Sequence record: NC_070950.1
Strand: one strand, 5' to 3'
Length of the DNA stretch: 64,000 nucleotides
Shown here one piece after another: positions 1 through 8,975 of the stretch. The notes under the pieces were generated by a model. It worked only from the letters and a program-made list of their open reading frames with translations. It was not told where the DNA came from and ran no database searches. Every line of letters begins with the position of its first letter. Position 1 is the first letter of the stretch. The position numbers and the translations under genes were made by a program.

Positions 1-14
1 AATAGGAGTTAACC

Positions 15-1565
15 GTGCGTAAGACGGTGGTCATTAACAAAGCGCACAATTACCTCAGAATAACGGATTATTCTGAGGAGTTTGTGAACAGAGTGATAAT
101 GCCGTTCTGTCGACGGTATCTTTATAAGTACGCGAAAAAACCCATTCCAGGAACAAGAAAAACTCAGAGTTACGTGAGTCATGTGTTCGCTCGTATGAAT
201 AATGACAAAACGGAATTCCGTATATCCGCGGGTCTTCTAAAAGAATTCCTGAGTTTTATGGAATATTGCGGGTACGCACCTAACAGGGCGCTTGTGCTCG
301 ATGAACCAGAAATCGTTCCGACGAGAGTACAGTTCGAATGGAATAAAGGATGGGGTGGGTATAAACCAGGGAGTGAACAAGAACAGAAGGAATGGTGTGA
401 TTACCAGATTGCTGACGGACCCATAAAAGTCAACAACGCCGGAACAGGTGTGGGTAAGAGCTTTTGTGCAACCAAGCTCATGGTCGACATGGGGGTTCGT
501 GGGCTGATAACAGCATTACCTCGTTATATACCGATATGGTCCAAATGCCTGTTTCAATATTTGAAACTCTCGGTTGAAGACGTAGTCTATGTTGAATCTG
601 GCGGGCTTGAGGAGTTAGCCGAAAACATTCAGAAGGGAATCATTAATCCCAAAATTATCATTCTCCCGTTAACCAGGATTGACTCGCACTATAAACGGAT
701 GAGGGAAGATGATACCGTTCCTGACTTAGATGAACTCTACGCTAAGATGGGAATCGGGTTGAGGATCATGGATGAAGGGCATGAATCTGTTTATCAGGTT
801 TACATGTCCATGCTTTACGGTAATTTCTCCAAGACCCTGGCGTTGTCAGCAACCCTGAAAGCCGATGATGCTTTACAGAACCGTATCTATTCGTACATCT
901 ATCCTCAAAGCATCCGCTTGAAGGACGGGGAATCGAAGAAATACATCGATGTTTATGCTTACCATCACTGGATTGACATTAGGAAGTTCAGGATTAACCC
1001 CAGAGGATTTGGGGGGTATAACCACGTGAAGTTCGAACAAGGGATTATGAAGTCCCCTTACCTGCTCGGTAGGTATTACGAACTCTGTAAACAGGCGTTT
1101 GAAGAGTTTTATGTCAAAGACTTGTTACCCGAGCAAAAAGCCCTCTGGTTCTTTGCGACAGTAGAAATGTGCGTCAACATGTTGGAGTTCTTTAAAAGGG
1201 ACTACCCGGAAATGGATTTCGGGAAATACACCAACGAGGAATCGTCTAAGGCAGATACCAAGGATAATTACCTCAAGCACCAAGTCTTGATTACTACTCC
1301 TCAGAGTTGCAGCACCGGTAAAGATATTGAGAAACTCTACGTTGCGTTTAGTCCCTATGCGGTTTCTTCTAAACAGCGTAACGCTCAGTCATTAGGGCGT
1401 TTAAGGGAAATAACGAAATGGTGGCCCGATCTTTCTCCTAAGTACGTTTACTTCGTTTGTCAGAACGTAGACAAGCAAGTTGACTACCATCGCAAGCGAA
1501 TGGAGGAGTTCGCCAATAAAGCGAAGAGCATTACCAATATCAATAGCGGGCATTCCATTCCTTAG
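15..1565 (+). CDS. SF2 (DEAD/DEAH-like) helicase, phiKZ gp75-like
   Basis: GTG start with AGGAG SD at 4-8; Walker A NNAGTGVGKS, motif II DEGH, motif III SAT, motif VI QSLGRLR; 516 aa. Confidence 0.85.
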   Translation: MRKTVVINKAHNYLRITDYSEEFVNRVIMPFCRRYLYKYAKKPIPGTRKTQSYVSHVFARMNNDKTEFRISAGLLKEFLSFMEYCGYAPNRALVLDEPEIVPTRVQFEWNKGWGGYKPGSEQEQKEWCDYQIADGPIKVNNAGTGVGKSFCATKLMVDMGVRGLITALPRYIPIWSKCLFQYLKLSVEDVVYVESGGLEELAENIQKGIINPKIIILPLTRIDSHYKRMREDDTVPDLDELYAKMGIGLRIMDEGHESVYQVYMSMLYGNFSKTLALSATLKADDALQNRIYSYIYPQSIRLKDGESKKYIDVYAYHHWIDIRKFRINPRGFGGYNHVKFEQGIMKSPYLLGRYYELCKQAFEEFYVKDLLPEQKALWFFATVEMCVNMLEFFKRDYPEMDFGKYTNEESSKADTKDNYLKHQVLITTPQSCSTGKDIEKLYVAFSPYAVSSKQRNAQSLGRLREITKWWPDLSPKYVYFVCQNVDKQVDYHRKRMEEFANKAKSITNINSGHSIP

Positions 1566-1597
1566 AATTTTTCAGTACTAAATTATGACTAGGTCAA

Positions 1598-1619
1598 GAG
1601 CTGGGGGTTTCCTCAGCTC
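1598..1619 (+). terminator. hairpin after helicase gene (putative terminator)
   Basis: GAGCTGGGG...CCTCAGCTC stem with one G-T pair; no clear U-tract. Confidence 0.45.
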
Positions 1620-1657
1620 CCACCTATTATGCATTTACAAATTTAGGAGGAACGACT

Positions 1658-2107
1658 ATGCGTTCCGTCATGATCATAAGAACCGGAAAGGAGATCGAAC
1701 CCTTTGCATTGGAAGCCTTGATCGCGGGCATTTTGGACTACACGGCGCATCAGAAACTTGAAGATGCGTATGAGATCATGGACTCTTTACTGTCGAACAT
1801 TGTCACGGATAGTTTGGACGAACTTAATGACAAAATGCTCGAACCCACCACTCGACCTCTTTCCATATACGAGAAGGAAAAATATCAGCATTATTTGAAC
1901 GAAAAGAAGAACGAACGTTATATTCGTTTCTTCCAATTACGTCAGCGTACTCTGAGCGCTTTCTCGACGTTTCTTGAAAACTTTAACGACCCCATCCTAT
2001 CTATGTCTAAAGGTAATAATCTTTTACCCAAGTTGGAAGCCGAACGAAATAATATTTTGTTCGTCTCATTAGAGCAGAAGAAGAATGGAACCAAAACAAA
2101 ACAATAG
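1658..2107 (+). CDS. hypothetical protein (149 aa)
   Basis: Strong SD AGGAGG upstream; first of four overlapping ORFs; no recognisable motif. Confidence 0.7.
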   Translation: MRSVMIIRTGKEIEPFALEALIAGILDYTAHQKLEDAYEIMDSLLSNIVTDSLDELNDKMLEPTTRPLSIYEKEKYQHYLNEKKNERYIRFFQLRQRTLSAFSTFLENFNDPILSMSKGNNLLPKLEAERNNILFVSLEQKKNGTKTKQ

Positions 2108-2483
2108 CCTGATTTCGGTATTGCGATCTCGCTCCAATTATTCTGAGGAAGGAGGCTTGGTAGCTGGAGAATATCTGGCGGATTATTTTGAAAACGCCAT
2201 TATTCAAGAGCATATGGATTTGGGTTATTTAAGAAACATGTGTTATGAACAGGCGTTAATGGGTAACAGGTCATTAACAAAACCGGGCTGGATGCATCCA
2301 GCCCTCTCTTACGACGCAAGTGACGTCTGTGACGATTTATTTACAGAAGCGATGGAAATACTCGCCGAAGTTAATAATGACGTCACAGAGGCTCTGAATT
2401 GCATTAATTCGATTTCCTTTAAACGTACTTCCCGGCTCCTCTTTAGTACCGGAAGTGTAATTATGATAAAAACCCAATGGTAA
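2085..2483 (+). CDS. hypothetical acidic protein (132 aa)
   Basis: ORF overlapping both neighbours on the same strand; D/E-rich. Confidence 0.65.
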   Translation: MEPKQNNSLISVLRSRSNYSEEGGLVAGEYLADYFENAIIQEHMDLGYLRNMCYEQALMGNRSLTKPGWMHPALSYDASDVCDDLFTEAMEILAEVNNDVTEALNCINSISFKRTSRLLFSTGSVIMIKTQW

Positions 2484-2848
2484 ACAGAATAAGAAGTTTG
2501 GTTAGGGTCAGTGTCCCGGCAGACATCCCCTGGGCTTCTGATTCGAGGTTGTACCACGCCAGCGCACTTTTCTTTGAACGCTGGATTTACTATGGTGATT
2601 TCTCTCCTGAAGCTTACGACGAACTCTTTATCGATGTCGAATCTTTATTTGAGAAATTGCCGAAAAAAGATATCAATGAGATGTTCGATGAATGTTTGCT
2701 CTTAGTGGAAAACATTCGTAATGACGAAATTAACAGTGAAGTGAAAGATCTTATTGAGGGCAGTCGTTTTAAGGTATCGGTTGAGGGCACTAAGCTCATC
2801 AATTGGGATCATCAACGCTTTTTAATCTTAGTGGAAACTTTAACATGA
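2477..2848 (+). CDS. hypothetical protein (123 aa)
   Basis: Overlaps upstream ORF; its TGA overlaps the next ATG (ATGA at 2845). Confidence 0.65.
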   Translation: MVNRIRSLVRVSVPADIPWASDSRLYHASALFFERWIYYGDFSPEAYDELFIDVESLFEKLPKKDINEMFDECLLLVENIRNDEINSEVKDLIEGSRFKVSVEGTKLINWDHQRFLILVETLT

Positions 2849-3297
2849 GTAGAAAATCTATTGTACTGCGTCTTCCGGCTTCAACTGTTGCCGACCTTAA
2901 GGAATTCGACGAAGAAGCACAACTTCTTATTCTCACAGCATGCCTCTCACTCGCCAAACGACCCACTCAGGAACCCGTTAAGGAAGACGAAGACACCGAT
3001 CCTCGCTCCATCATCTCCAAAGAGGTCGATGATATTCTCGACACCATCGACGATAACTTCGAAGAGGCTGACGACGGCGACGAGGATGAGGAATCTTCTG
3101 AAAACCGTAAAGATGAGCAGCGCACAGTGATCCATCAGCAAATGGCAGACTTTATTGAAGAGTTTGTTGGGTTACTGGTTGATCCGGAAACTGAGAATTA
3201 TGGCGTTTTCAGCGCCATCGTTATGGACGATCTCAACACACCTATCAGCTGGGCTGCTGATGACAAAACTGGTCTGACCACGATTGTATACGGCTGA
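2845..3297 (+). CDS. hypothetical highly acidic protein (150 aa)
   Basis: Start reassigned from 2803 to the ATG at 2845 (ATGA coupling); acidic tract DDILDTIDDNFEEADDGDEDEE. Confidence 0.7.
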   Translation: MSRKSIVLRLPASTVADLKEFDEEAQLLILTACLSLAKRPTQEPVKEDEDTDPRSIISKEVDDILDTIDDNFEEADDGDEDEESSENRKDEQRTVIHQQMADFIEEFVGLLVDPETENYGVFSAIVMDDLNTPISWAADDKTGLTTIVYG

Positions 3298-3300
3298 CAG

Positions 3301-3333
3301 TAATCCTCCTACCCCAATGGGGTAGGAGGATTA
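3301..3333. terminator. bidirectional terminator-like palindrome
   Basis: Perfect 15-bp inverted repeat TAATCCTCCTACCCC-AAT-GGGGTAGGAGGATTA between convergent genes; T10 at 3343-3352. Confidence 0.8.
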
Positions 3334-3352
3334 GCAAGTCTATTTTTTTTTT

Positions 3353-4645
3353 CTAGAAAAGTGAATCGTAAAGATTAAGTACGGTTGTTTCTACTTTAGA
3401 AACGTGGGCGTTTTTCATCTTAGTTAACATAAACCGGGTTGGGATGTTAACAACTTCACTACTTAAACGGCTGGCTGATTTACCCAAAGAAACCCCGCAA
3501 CAAACCTTGCAGTGGTTATCTTCTTTTGTCTGACAGAGATAAGGAACGCGCATCTTAACCGTACTACCTATCATTTCGGTCTCAGTGCCTTCCAGAACGG
3601 TCGGTTTACCATTCTTAAGGTAATATCCCCCCTTCCAGTTCTTGAGGCTGTAAGGGTCGATATAGACGTCCTCTGTATAGGTTGTTCCGCAATCGTCTTC
3701 AGCTACAACGATTCGTGAGGTTAACCGCATCAGTTCTTTAACCCCTGCGCCACCTTCACCCGTTGCCTTACCACGGTCATAGGACGCGGAAACTGCGGTA
3801 TTGATGTAGTGGGTGATTTGGTCGTAATTCCAAATCTCATTAAGGGGTTGTTTTATCAGAATAAACTCACCCGTGTTAAAGTCCCTTTCCAGACCAAAGA
3901 CCAGGAACATTTTCTTACGGGCGTTATCGATAAATTTCTTATCAATGAAGAAATCAGAAGAAGCGCCGTTCAATTGCTCTTCCATGTCGAGGTCTACGAT
4001 CTGTTTGATGATGTTCGCTGCGACAATGGGGTCGTTTAACTCATGGGCGTGTTCTTTAAACAATCTCTCCCTTAGTGCAATGACCGCTTTACTTACGGTA
4101 ACCGCTTGGATGCTTCCGGCTTTAGTAAAGATGTCATTTAAACCCATCAGATAGTTGGCTTGTTTAGTAAGCTTAAGACACTCGGTCACGCTTGCTTTAC
4201 CAGCCGGTATCTCTTCGCCTGGCTGAGGGTCGTCTACCATTAATTCGGCGATGACGTCTTCAACTAATCTACCGGTTATGAGTTTATTGTGATACGGAGT
4301 CCGGTTTTGGAATACTTCCCAGAAAAGACATCTGTTAAGCAACAAGATCCCCATTGTGGTGGTAATGCTCCCCTCAATACTCGGGTGCCATTTATTATCT
4401 ATCACCAGCTTTTCGTGTTTATAGAAAAGAGGGTACGCGAGATCCCCTTCTATTTCTATCGTGTCCCCATCGTCGTTATAACACCAAAGTCCGTTGGGAC
4501 TGCGATGAAGGAGCCAGGGGGTTTTACCTAACAGAGTCTCGTTTTTTTCATTATCAGTAAGAACGGAGAAGGTGCTCAGTATCCAGAGTTTCTTTTGATA
4601 CATACGCCTTTCAAAACACTGGAAGAGATAATCGATCTTATTCAT
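3353..4645 (-). CDS. rpoC: DNA-directed RNA polymerase beta-prime subunit, middle fragment (virion RNAP, phiKZ gp80-like)
   Basis: beta-prime motifs EDDCGT and the Zn site RVPYLC...CKVCCG; GKATGEGGAGVKELMR resembles the bridge helix; only 430 aa, so a split subunit. Confidence 0.85.
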   Translation of the reverse strand: MNKIDYLFQCFERRMYQKKLWILSTFSVLTDNEKNETLLGKTPWLLHRSPNGLWCYNDDGDTIEIEGDLAYPLFYKHEKLVIDNKWHPSIEGSITTTMGILLLNRCLFWEVFQNRTPYHNKLITGRLVEDVIAELMVDDPQPGEEIPAGKASVTECLKLTKQANYLMGLNDIFTKAGSIQAVTVSKAVIALRERLFKEHAHELNDPIVAANIIKQIVDLDMEEQLNGASSDFFIDKKFIDNARKKMFLVFGLERDFNTGEFILIKQPLNEIWNYDQITHYINTAVSASYDRGKATGEGGAGVKELMRLTSRIVVAEDDCGTTYTEDVYIDPYSLKNWKGGYYLKNGKPTVLEGTETEMIGSTVKMRVPYLCQTKEDNHCKVCCGVSLGKSASRLSSEVVNIPTRFMLTKMKNAHVSKVETTVLNLYDSLF

Positions 4646-5522
4646 TGGTTAACCCCAGTTTTTTCACTAATCCGTCAGCGTAGTACAGGCTTTCCACATC
4701 AGAGAAATCTTCTCCTAAGCGAGCAGAGAGTTTATCGAGGAAACTCTCGTTGGTAATCCCGCTGCACAGCATCAAACAAATGATCTCTTTAATGTATTTT
4801 TTAGGTTCGTTTTCTTTCATCTCGTTGAGGCGGTCAAGATAATATTTATAAATGACCAACCACCCGATTCCTAATTTGCCTGCGCTAACTACGTGTTCCC
4901 ACGCCAACGTTCCGCGTAAGAATTCTTTATTACCCCTGACTCGGTCGCTGACGTATTGAGGGACTTCGACGTCAGCATCAGGGTTAATCAACGACGTCCT
5001 TAAAACTTCTAACAGATGTTCAGAGACGTCAGAGATAATCATTTCGTACAGGCTGGTGTCCTCCAGATCAAGGAGCTTTTCGATCACCGCTATGAAACGA
5101 TCTTTTGTTTCTAAGTCGGTCGCTTCCAAAATAACACTAAGGGACAGAAGGTCCTCGTAACCATCAAGAATATAGGCGACGTCGATGATATTAGTAAGCA
5201 AGGGAAGATGATCTATGGTGATCTGATCTTTATCAATCTCAACGCCAAGTTCTGTGATGATTTGAATACTATTAGCGATGAGGATATCCCTTATAGCGTT
5301 AGTCTGTTCAATGACAGTCATTCCTTCGTCAATGAGTATTTCCAGGATTTGACTTTGTACGGTTGTTTCTTCCTGACTAATCGCAATTAAATTATACGCT
5401 TTATCGAATGTATTGAAATTAAATTCGGTAATAGATTTAGCAAAGGCCAACCAGGTTTCTCCTAACTCAGATGTCAGGATACTGGCTTCAGTGAGGTCTA
5501 TTGCTCGTTTTTCAAAAATCAT
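4638..5522 (-). CDS. hypothetical protein, probable virion protein (294 aa)
   Basis: Overlaps the RNAP fragment start by 8 nt; virion role inferred from synteny with phiKZ gp79/gp80. Confidence 0.6.
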   Translation of the reverse strand: MIFEKRAIDLTEASILTSELGETWLAFAKSITEFNFNTFDKAYNLIAISQEETTVQSQILEILIDEGMTVIEQTNAIRDILIANSIQIITELGVEIDKDQITIDHLPLLTNIIDVAYILDGYEDLLSLSVILEATDLETKDRFIAVIEKLLDLEDTSLYEMIISDVSEHLLEVLRTSLINPDADVEVPQYVSDRVRGNKEFLRGTLAWEHVVSAGKLGIGWLVIYKYYLDRLNEMKENEPKKYIKEIICLMLCSGITNESFLDKLSARLGEDFSDVESLYYADGLVKKLGLTNE

Positions 5523-5565
5523 GGTTTAACCCCTGCTAAAGGTCGTGGGTAATAGGAGACATAAA

Positions 5566-6273
5566 ATGCGTAGTAGCCAGCAGAAAGCCAAGGCTAGTCA
5601 AAAGAAAGCGATCAAAAATACTCAGCGCAAGAAAAACTGCAGCGGAAAGAAGATCGTTTTAACTAAGAAGCAGAAAGAAAGGAAAATGATTGAAACGGTC
5701 ACTGCTATGGCGAAAGCCGGGGACGTCTCCAGTGTTCAATTACTGGCTGCTGCCAGCGCCAAAGCTAAGGGTGTTAAATCGGGAGAGCTTAAGACCAAGC
5801 AGCTTATCGAGCTGGTAGATGAAAATATTCAACAGCTCATTATCTCTCACGCTCTTGTGGAAGGCATTGCCGAATGTTTAGATGAAGGACTTATCGAAGA
5901 TCCTGATAATTCCATCTCTGATAAAGTCAAAGAATGCGACGAATTGACTGTGCGTTGGATGGAAGACGCTAACGCCGTTATTGCGCTCAGCCACACCGAA
6001 CTCATTCCGGAAGATTACGTCGATATGGCCATTAGCTTTATGGCCAGCACTATCGGTATCATGTCCGATAGCTACCCTCGACTCATCGAATTAACCGAAG
6101 ATATGAAATCAGTCATTAATAAGAAAATGGCTGAGATCATCGATGCGGTGAAAGCTGACTATCCGGAAGCTACTGAATTCGAACAGGTCTCCAAAATTCA
6201 CCAGAAACGGATGATGAAAATCATGCCGCTTTACGGGACCCCAGCGCCTGTAGAAGAAACTGAAACCGTTTAA
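5566..6273 (+). CDS. hypothetical protein with K/R-rich N-terminus (235 aa)
   Basis: Start reassigned to the ATG at 5566 (AGGAG SD); basic N-terminal ~40 aa, acidic helical remainder. Confidence 0.7.
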   Translation: MRSSQQKAKASQKKAIKNTQRKKNCSGKKIVLTKKQKERKMIETVTAMAKAGDVSSVQLLAAASAKAKGVKSGELKTKQLIELVDENIQQLIISHALVEGIAECLDEGLIEDPDNSISDKVKECDELTVRWMEDANAVIALSHTELIPEDYVDMAISFMASTIGIMSDSYPRLIELTEDMKSVINKKMAEIIDAVKADYPEATEFEQVSKIHQKRMMKIMPLYGTPAPVEETETV

Positions 6274-6290
6274 TCATAGGACCGATATTT

Positions 6291-7907
6291 ATGTCTGAAG
6301 AAAACAACATTCCGGCCCAAGGGACGGCGCACGACAAGAACAACCACACGATGAGTCAGTTCCAGGAACCCAAAGATCTCAAGTTGGGGGTGTTCGATCC
6401 AAAAGAAGATAATAATTTCATTAAGGTCTTCTTAGGCGTTGACTCAGAAGAGTACAAGAAACTCTCTGGGCTTATCTCAAGATGGCTGGAGTACAACTTC
6501 GTCCTCAACGAACCCAATGCCAAACCGGCTCAGATTAACGCGGTTAAAGATAAATACTTCGGGTATCTTAAAGAACAGTACCCGAACAAAACAGAAGAAG
6601 AAGTTAACGAGCTGGCTCAGTCATACTACAGCTTCGCAACCAACTTCACTGAAAATCTGTACCGCCGGAACGAAACCGTTAATGGGGCTAAAACGACTAA
6701 CGTCTCTTTAAAAGCCCAGGGTATCGTCGAGGGAGACATCGTTGGTCGTGCGCCAGGGTTGGGTAAAAAGCTCCCTATGCGCGATATGATGCGCCGCCAT
6801 TTCCGTCGCACCACTAACGAAGCGGAAAACTTCGACGTTCTCCTGCGTAACTCATTTATTCAGTTACGTATTTCTCGCCCAACCATTCTGGAACTGGGGC
6901 GTCTGCTGGAAGACATTCAGCTCGAAGTGAAAAACTACGTTCGTCAGGTTAATGGTAACTCATTAACTCTCGCTCGTATTTCTATCGCTCGGGTTATTTG
7001 GAAATTCGTTTCTGATCGCATCGTATCCTGCTCCGTCAAAGATACCGACGATTATTACGATCTCGCTAACAACATCCTTTGGAGTGACTTTGGTGCGCTT
7101 TGCATCTCGTTACTTTCCGCATCGTCGTCTAAGGGTGTGAATTTCCAACTCGAGTGTCTTGCGAACAACTGCGACTGGGAAGAGTATCAGGTTATTGATC
7201 CTTCTCTCTTGCTTCGTCCTATTCCTGAGAATCTTTCAGAAGAGCAGTCTATCGCTCTGGGTAATATCGTTAACGGGGTTCAGCGTTATTCCCGTGAAGA
7301 GATTACCAAGCTTCAGAATAAGACCAAGTACGATTTCGATACCAAATTGATGTTCGACGAAGGCCGGCAGTATTTCGAAATCGCTCCTCCAACGCTGTCT
7401 GTTGCGTTTGAAACCTTCGACATGTTCGTCGATAAAGTCATCCCTTCGATTCAGCAATTGCGCGCTAACACCATCAACGATCAGGAGTATGCCGTTGCTC
7501 TGGCTAACCTCATCCAGAGTATCGCCGGTAGCGAATACGCCCATTGGGTTAAATCCTACGTGATTAACCCGGAGAGCGGCACAGACGGCGCACCTACTAA
7601 GTATGATCGTTTAGGTGAAGGTGGGTCTCGTGAGTTTAATGAAGGTCTCTTTGATATCCTCGATAGCGATGTTGAACTTTCCCAAGAACTCATCAAAAAG
7701 ATCAACCGTATCGGTCCATCGATGACACTCACCATCATCGGGGTGCCGAACTATCATTGCCCTCGTTGCGCGAAATCAAGTTCTGAAAGCGGTATCACTT
7801 ATAAAGGCATCACCCCTATCGATCCGCTTATGGCTTTTTTTACCCTAACCCAGTTGATGTTTATGGATCGGGTGGTGAATCTAAGCGGTCTCGACGCAAC
7901 CCCTTAG
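6291..7907 (+). CDS. Cys-motif protein, candidate baseplate-hub/tail assembly chaperone (538 aa)
   Basis: AGGA SD; motifs FQLECLANNC and HCPRC...PIDPLMAFF, reminiscent of T4 gp26/gp51-type assembly proteins (pattern only). Confidence 0.5.
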   Translation: MSEENNIPAQGTAHDKNNHTMSQFQEPKDLKLGVFDPKEDNNFIKVFLGVDSEEYKKLSGLISRWLEYNFVLNEPNAKPAQINAVKDKYFGYLKEQYPNKTEEEVNELAQSYYSFATNFTENLYRRNETVNGAKTTNVSLKAQGIVEGDIVGRAPGLGKKLPMRDMMRRHFRRTTNEAENFDVLLRNSFIQLRISRPTILELGRLLEDIQLEVKNYVRQVNGNSLTLARISIARVIWKFVSDRIVSCSVKDTDDYYDLANNILWSDFGALCISLLSASSSKGVNFQLECLANNCDWEEYQVIDPSLLLRPIPENLSEEQSIALGNIVNGVQRYSREEITKLQNKTKYDFDTKLMFDEGRQYFEIAPPTLSVAFETFDMFVDKVIPSIQQLRANTINDQEYAVALANLIQSIAGSEYAHWVKSYVINPESGTDGAPTKYDRLGEGGSREFNEGLFDILDSDVELSQELIKKINRIGPSMTLTIIGVPNYHCPRCAKSSSESGITYKGITPIDPLMAFFTLTQLMFMDRVVNLSGLDATP

Positions 7908-7925
7908 AGCTAACTACCTTTACTA

Positions 7926-7951
7926 ACTCGCCTGATTATCTGCAGGCGAGT
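7926..7951 (+). other. RNA hairpin immediately upstream of the 7955 start codon
   Basis: ACTCGCCTG-ATTATCTG-CAGGCGAGT, 9-bp perfect stem covering the weak RBS region. Confidence 0.55.
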
Positions 7952-7954
7952 AAA

Positions 7955-8344
7955 ATGTTCTTAGGGAAGTCTATTAAAACGATCACCCGCACAGAACTCA
8001 ACGTCATCGATAGCAAATTAAATCGTATCGGCATGGGGTATGTGGGGCTGAGTAAAATGACTCCCTTCGATCCTATCAGTTGGGTAGAGGAAGAGCATGA
8101 GTATACTCACCCGTTCAGTCTTCAACGTCGCTTTTACGACTACGGTTATTTCCGCCTAAAAGAAATCTTTACGTTAAACGAATACTTAAACATGGAAGCT
8201 TACCTTTTGGATAAGGCGATGAAGTACATTCGTTTAGGGGCCGATTCCAGATTAAAAGATGAAATCAGGCTCAATAAAGATAAAGCTGAGCCGGAAGCCA
8301 GTGAGGTCGAAAAAGTCATGAAAAACCTATTAGGTAAAGGATAG
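7955..8344 (+). CDS. hypothetical protein (129 aa), possible frameshift-extension domain of the upstream gene
   Basis: Weak SD; frame open back to 7805; motif FTLNEYLNM resembles the C-terminal module of tail-chaperone pairs. Confidence 0.6.
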   Translation: MFLGKSIKTITRTELNVIDSKLNRIGMGYVGLSKMTPFDPISWVEEEHEYTHPFSLQRRFYDYGYFRLKEIFTLNEYLNMEAYLLDKAMKYIRLGADSRLKDEIRLNKDKAEPEASEVEKVMKNLLGKG

Positions 8345-8349
8345 CGATT

Positions 8350-8931
8350 ATGTCTTATTCCAAACCTTCAAGTACTTCTATCACGCCAACCAATAAGGTG
8401 ATCGAAGAAACCGAAGAAGCCGTTCAGCAACAAATCACCTTAGAAAAAGAAAATGTCCCTACCGTCGTCCTTGCCAGTGAGATGGTAGGTTCTAAAAGCA
8501 ACGCAGTTACTGACGTTTTCGTAGAGGCCCTGACGCGCTATAAAAACGTATTAGCCGGTAACCTTGTTCTTAACAAATCCCAGCTCAAAGAAGAGCAGGC
8601 TGCGTTTATGAACACAGTGAGTAACACGATGAATCTTGAGTTTAAAGATTACGTGTTAACCACCGATGCGTTGGTTCTTTTAATGCGTGATAACAAAGAA
8701 GCCTTCAACGAAAAGCGTCTGTACGAACTGTTTTATTATGTTCAAGGCGACTATTCTAAGAAGGCGGCTGAACGTTACATGCGTTACATGTCGGCTCTGT
8801 ACACCCTGTCCCAAAACCTTCGTAACCGTTCTCGAATCGGTAAGATGGTGGACATTGTCAGTCTTTCCTCTGGCTATACAACTAAAGCTGCTACGAATAT
8901 CCAGAATTACTTCAACCGTAATTACGGTTAA
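8350..8931 (+). CDS. hypothetical protein (193 aa), possible virion protein
   Basis: AAGGA SD; clean ORF ending at a hairpin. Confidence 0.65.
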   Translation: MSYSKPSSTSITPTNKVIEETEEAVQQQITLEKENVPTVVLASEMVGSKSNAVTDVFVEALTRYKNVLAGNLVLNKSQLKEEQAAFMNTVSNTMNLEFKDYVLTTDALVLLMRDNKEAFNEKRLYELFYYVQGDYSKKAAERYMRYMSALYTLSQNLRNRSRIGKMVDIVSLSSGYTTKAATNIQNYFNRNYG

Positions 8932-8940
8932 TACTACTCC

Positions 8941-8974
8941 TACTACTCCTACCGCCTTGGCGGTAGGAGTAGTA
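8941..8974. terminator. bidirectional terminator-like palindrome
   Basis: Perfect 16-bp inverted repeat TACTACTCCTACCGCC-TT-GGCGGTAGGAGTAGTA between convergent genes; TACTACTCC is duplicated in tandem at 8932-8949. Confidence 0.8.
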
Positions 8975-8975
8975 T

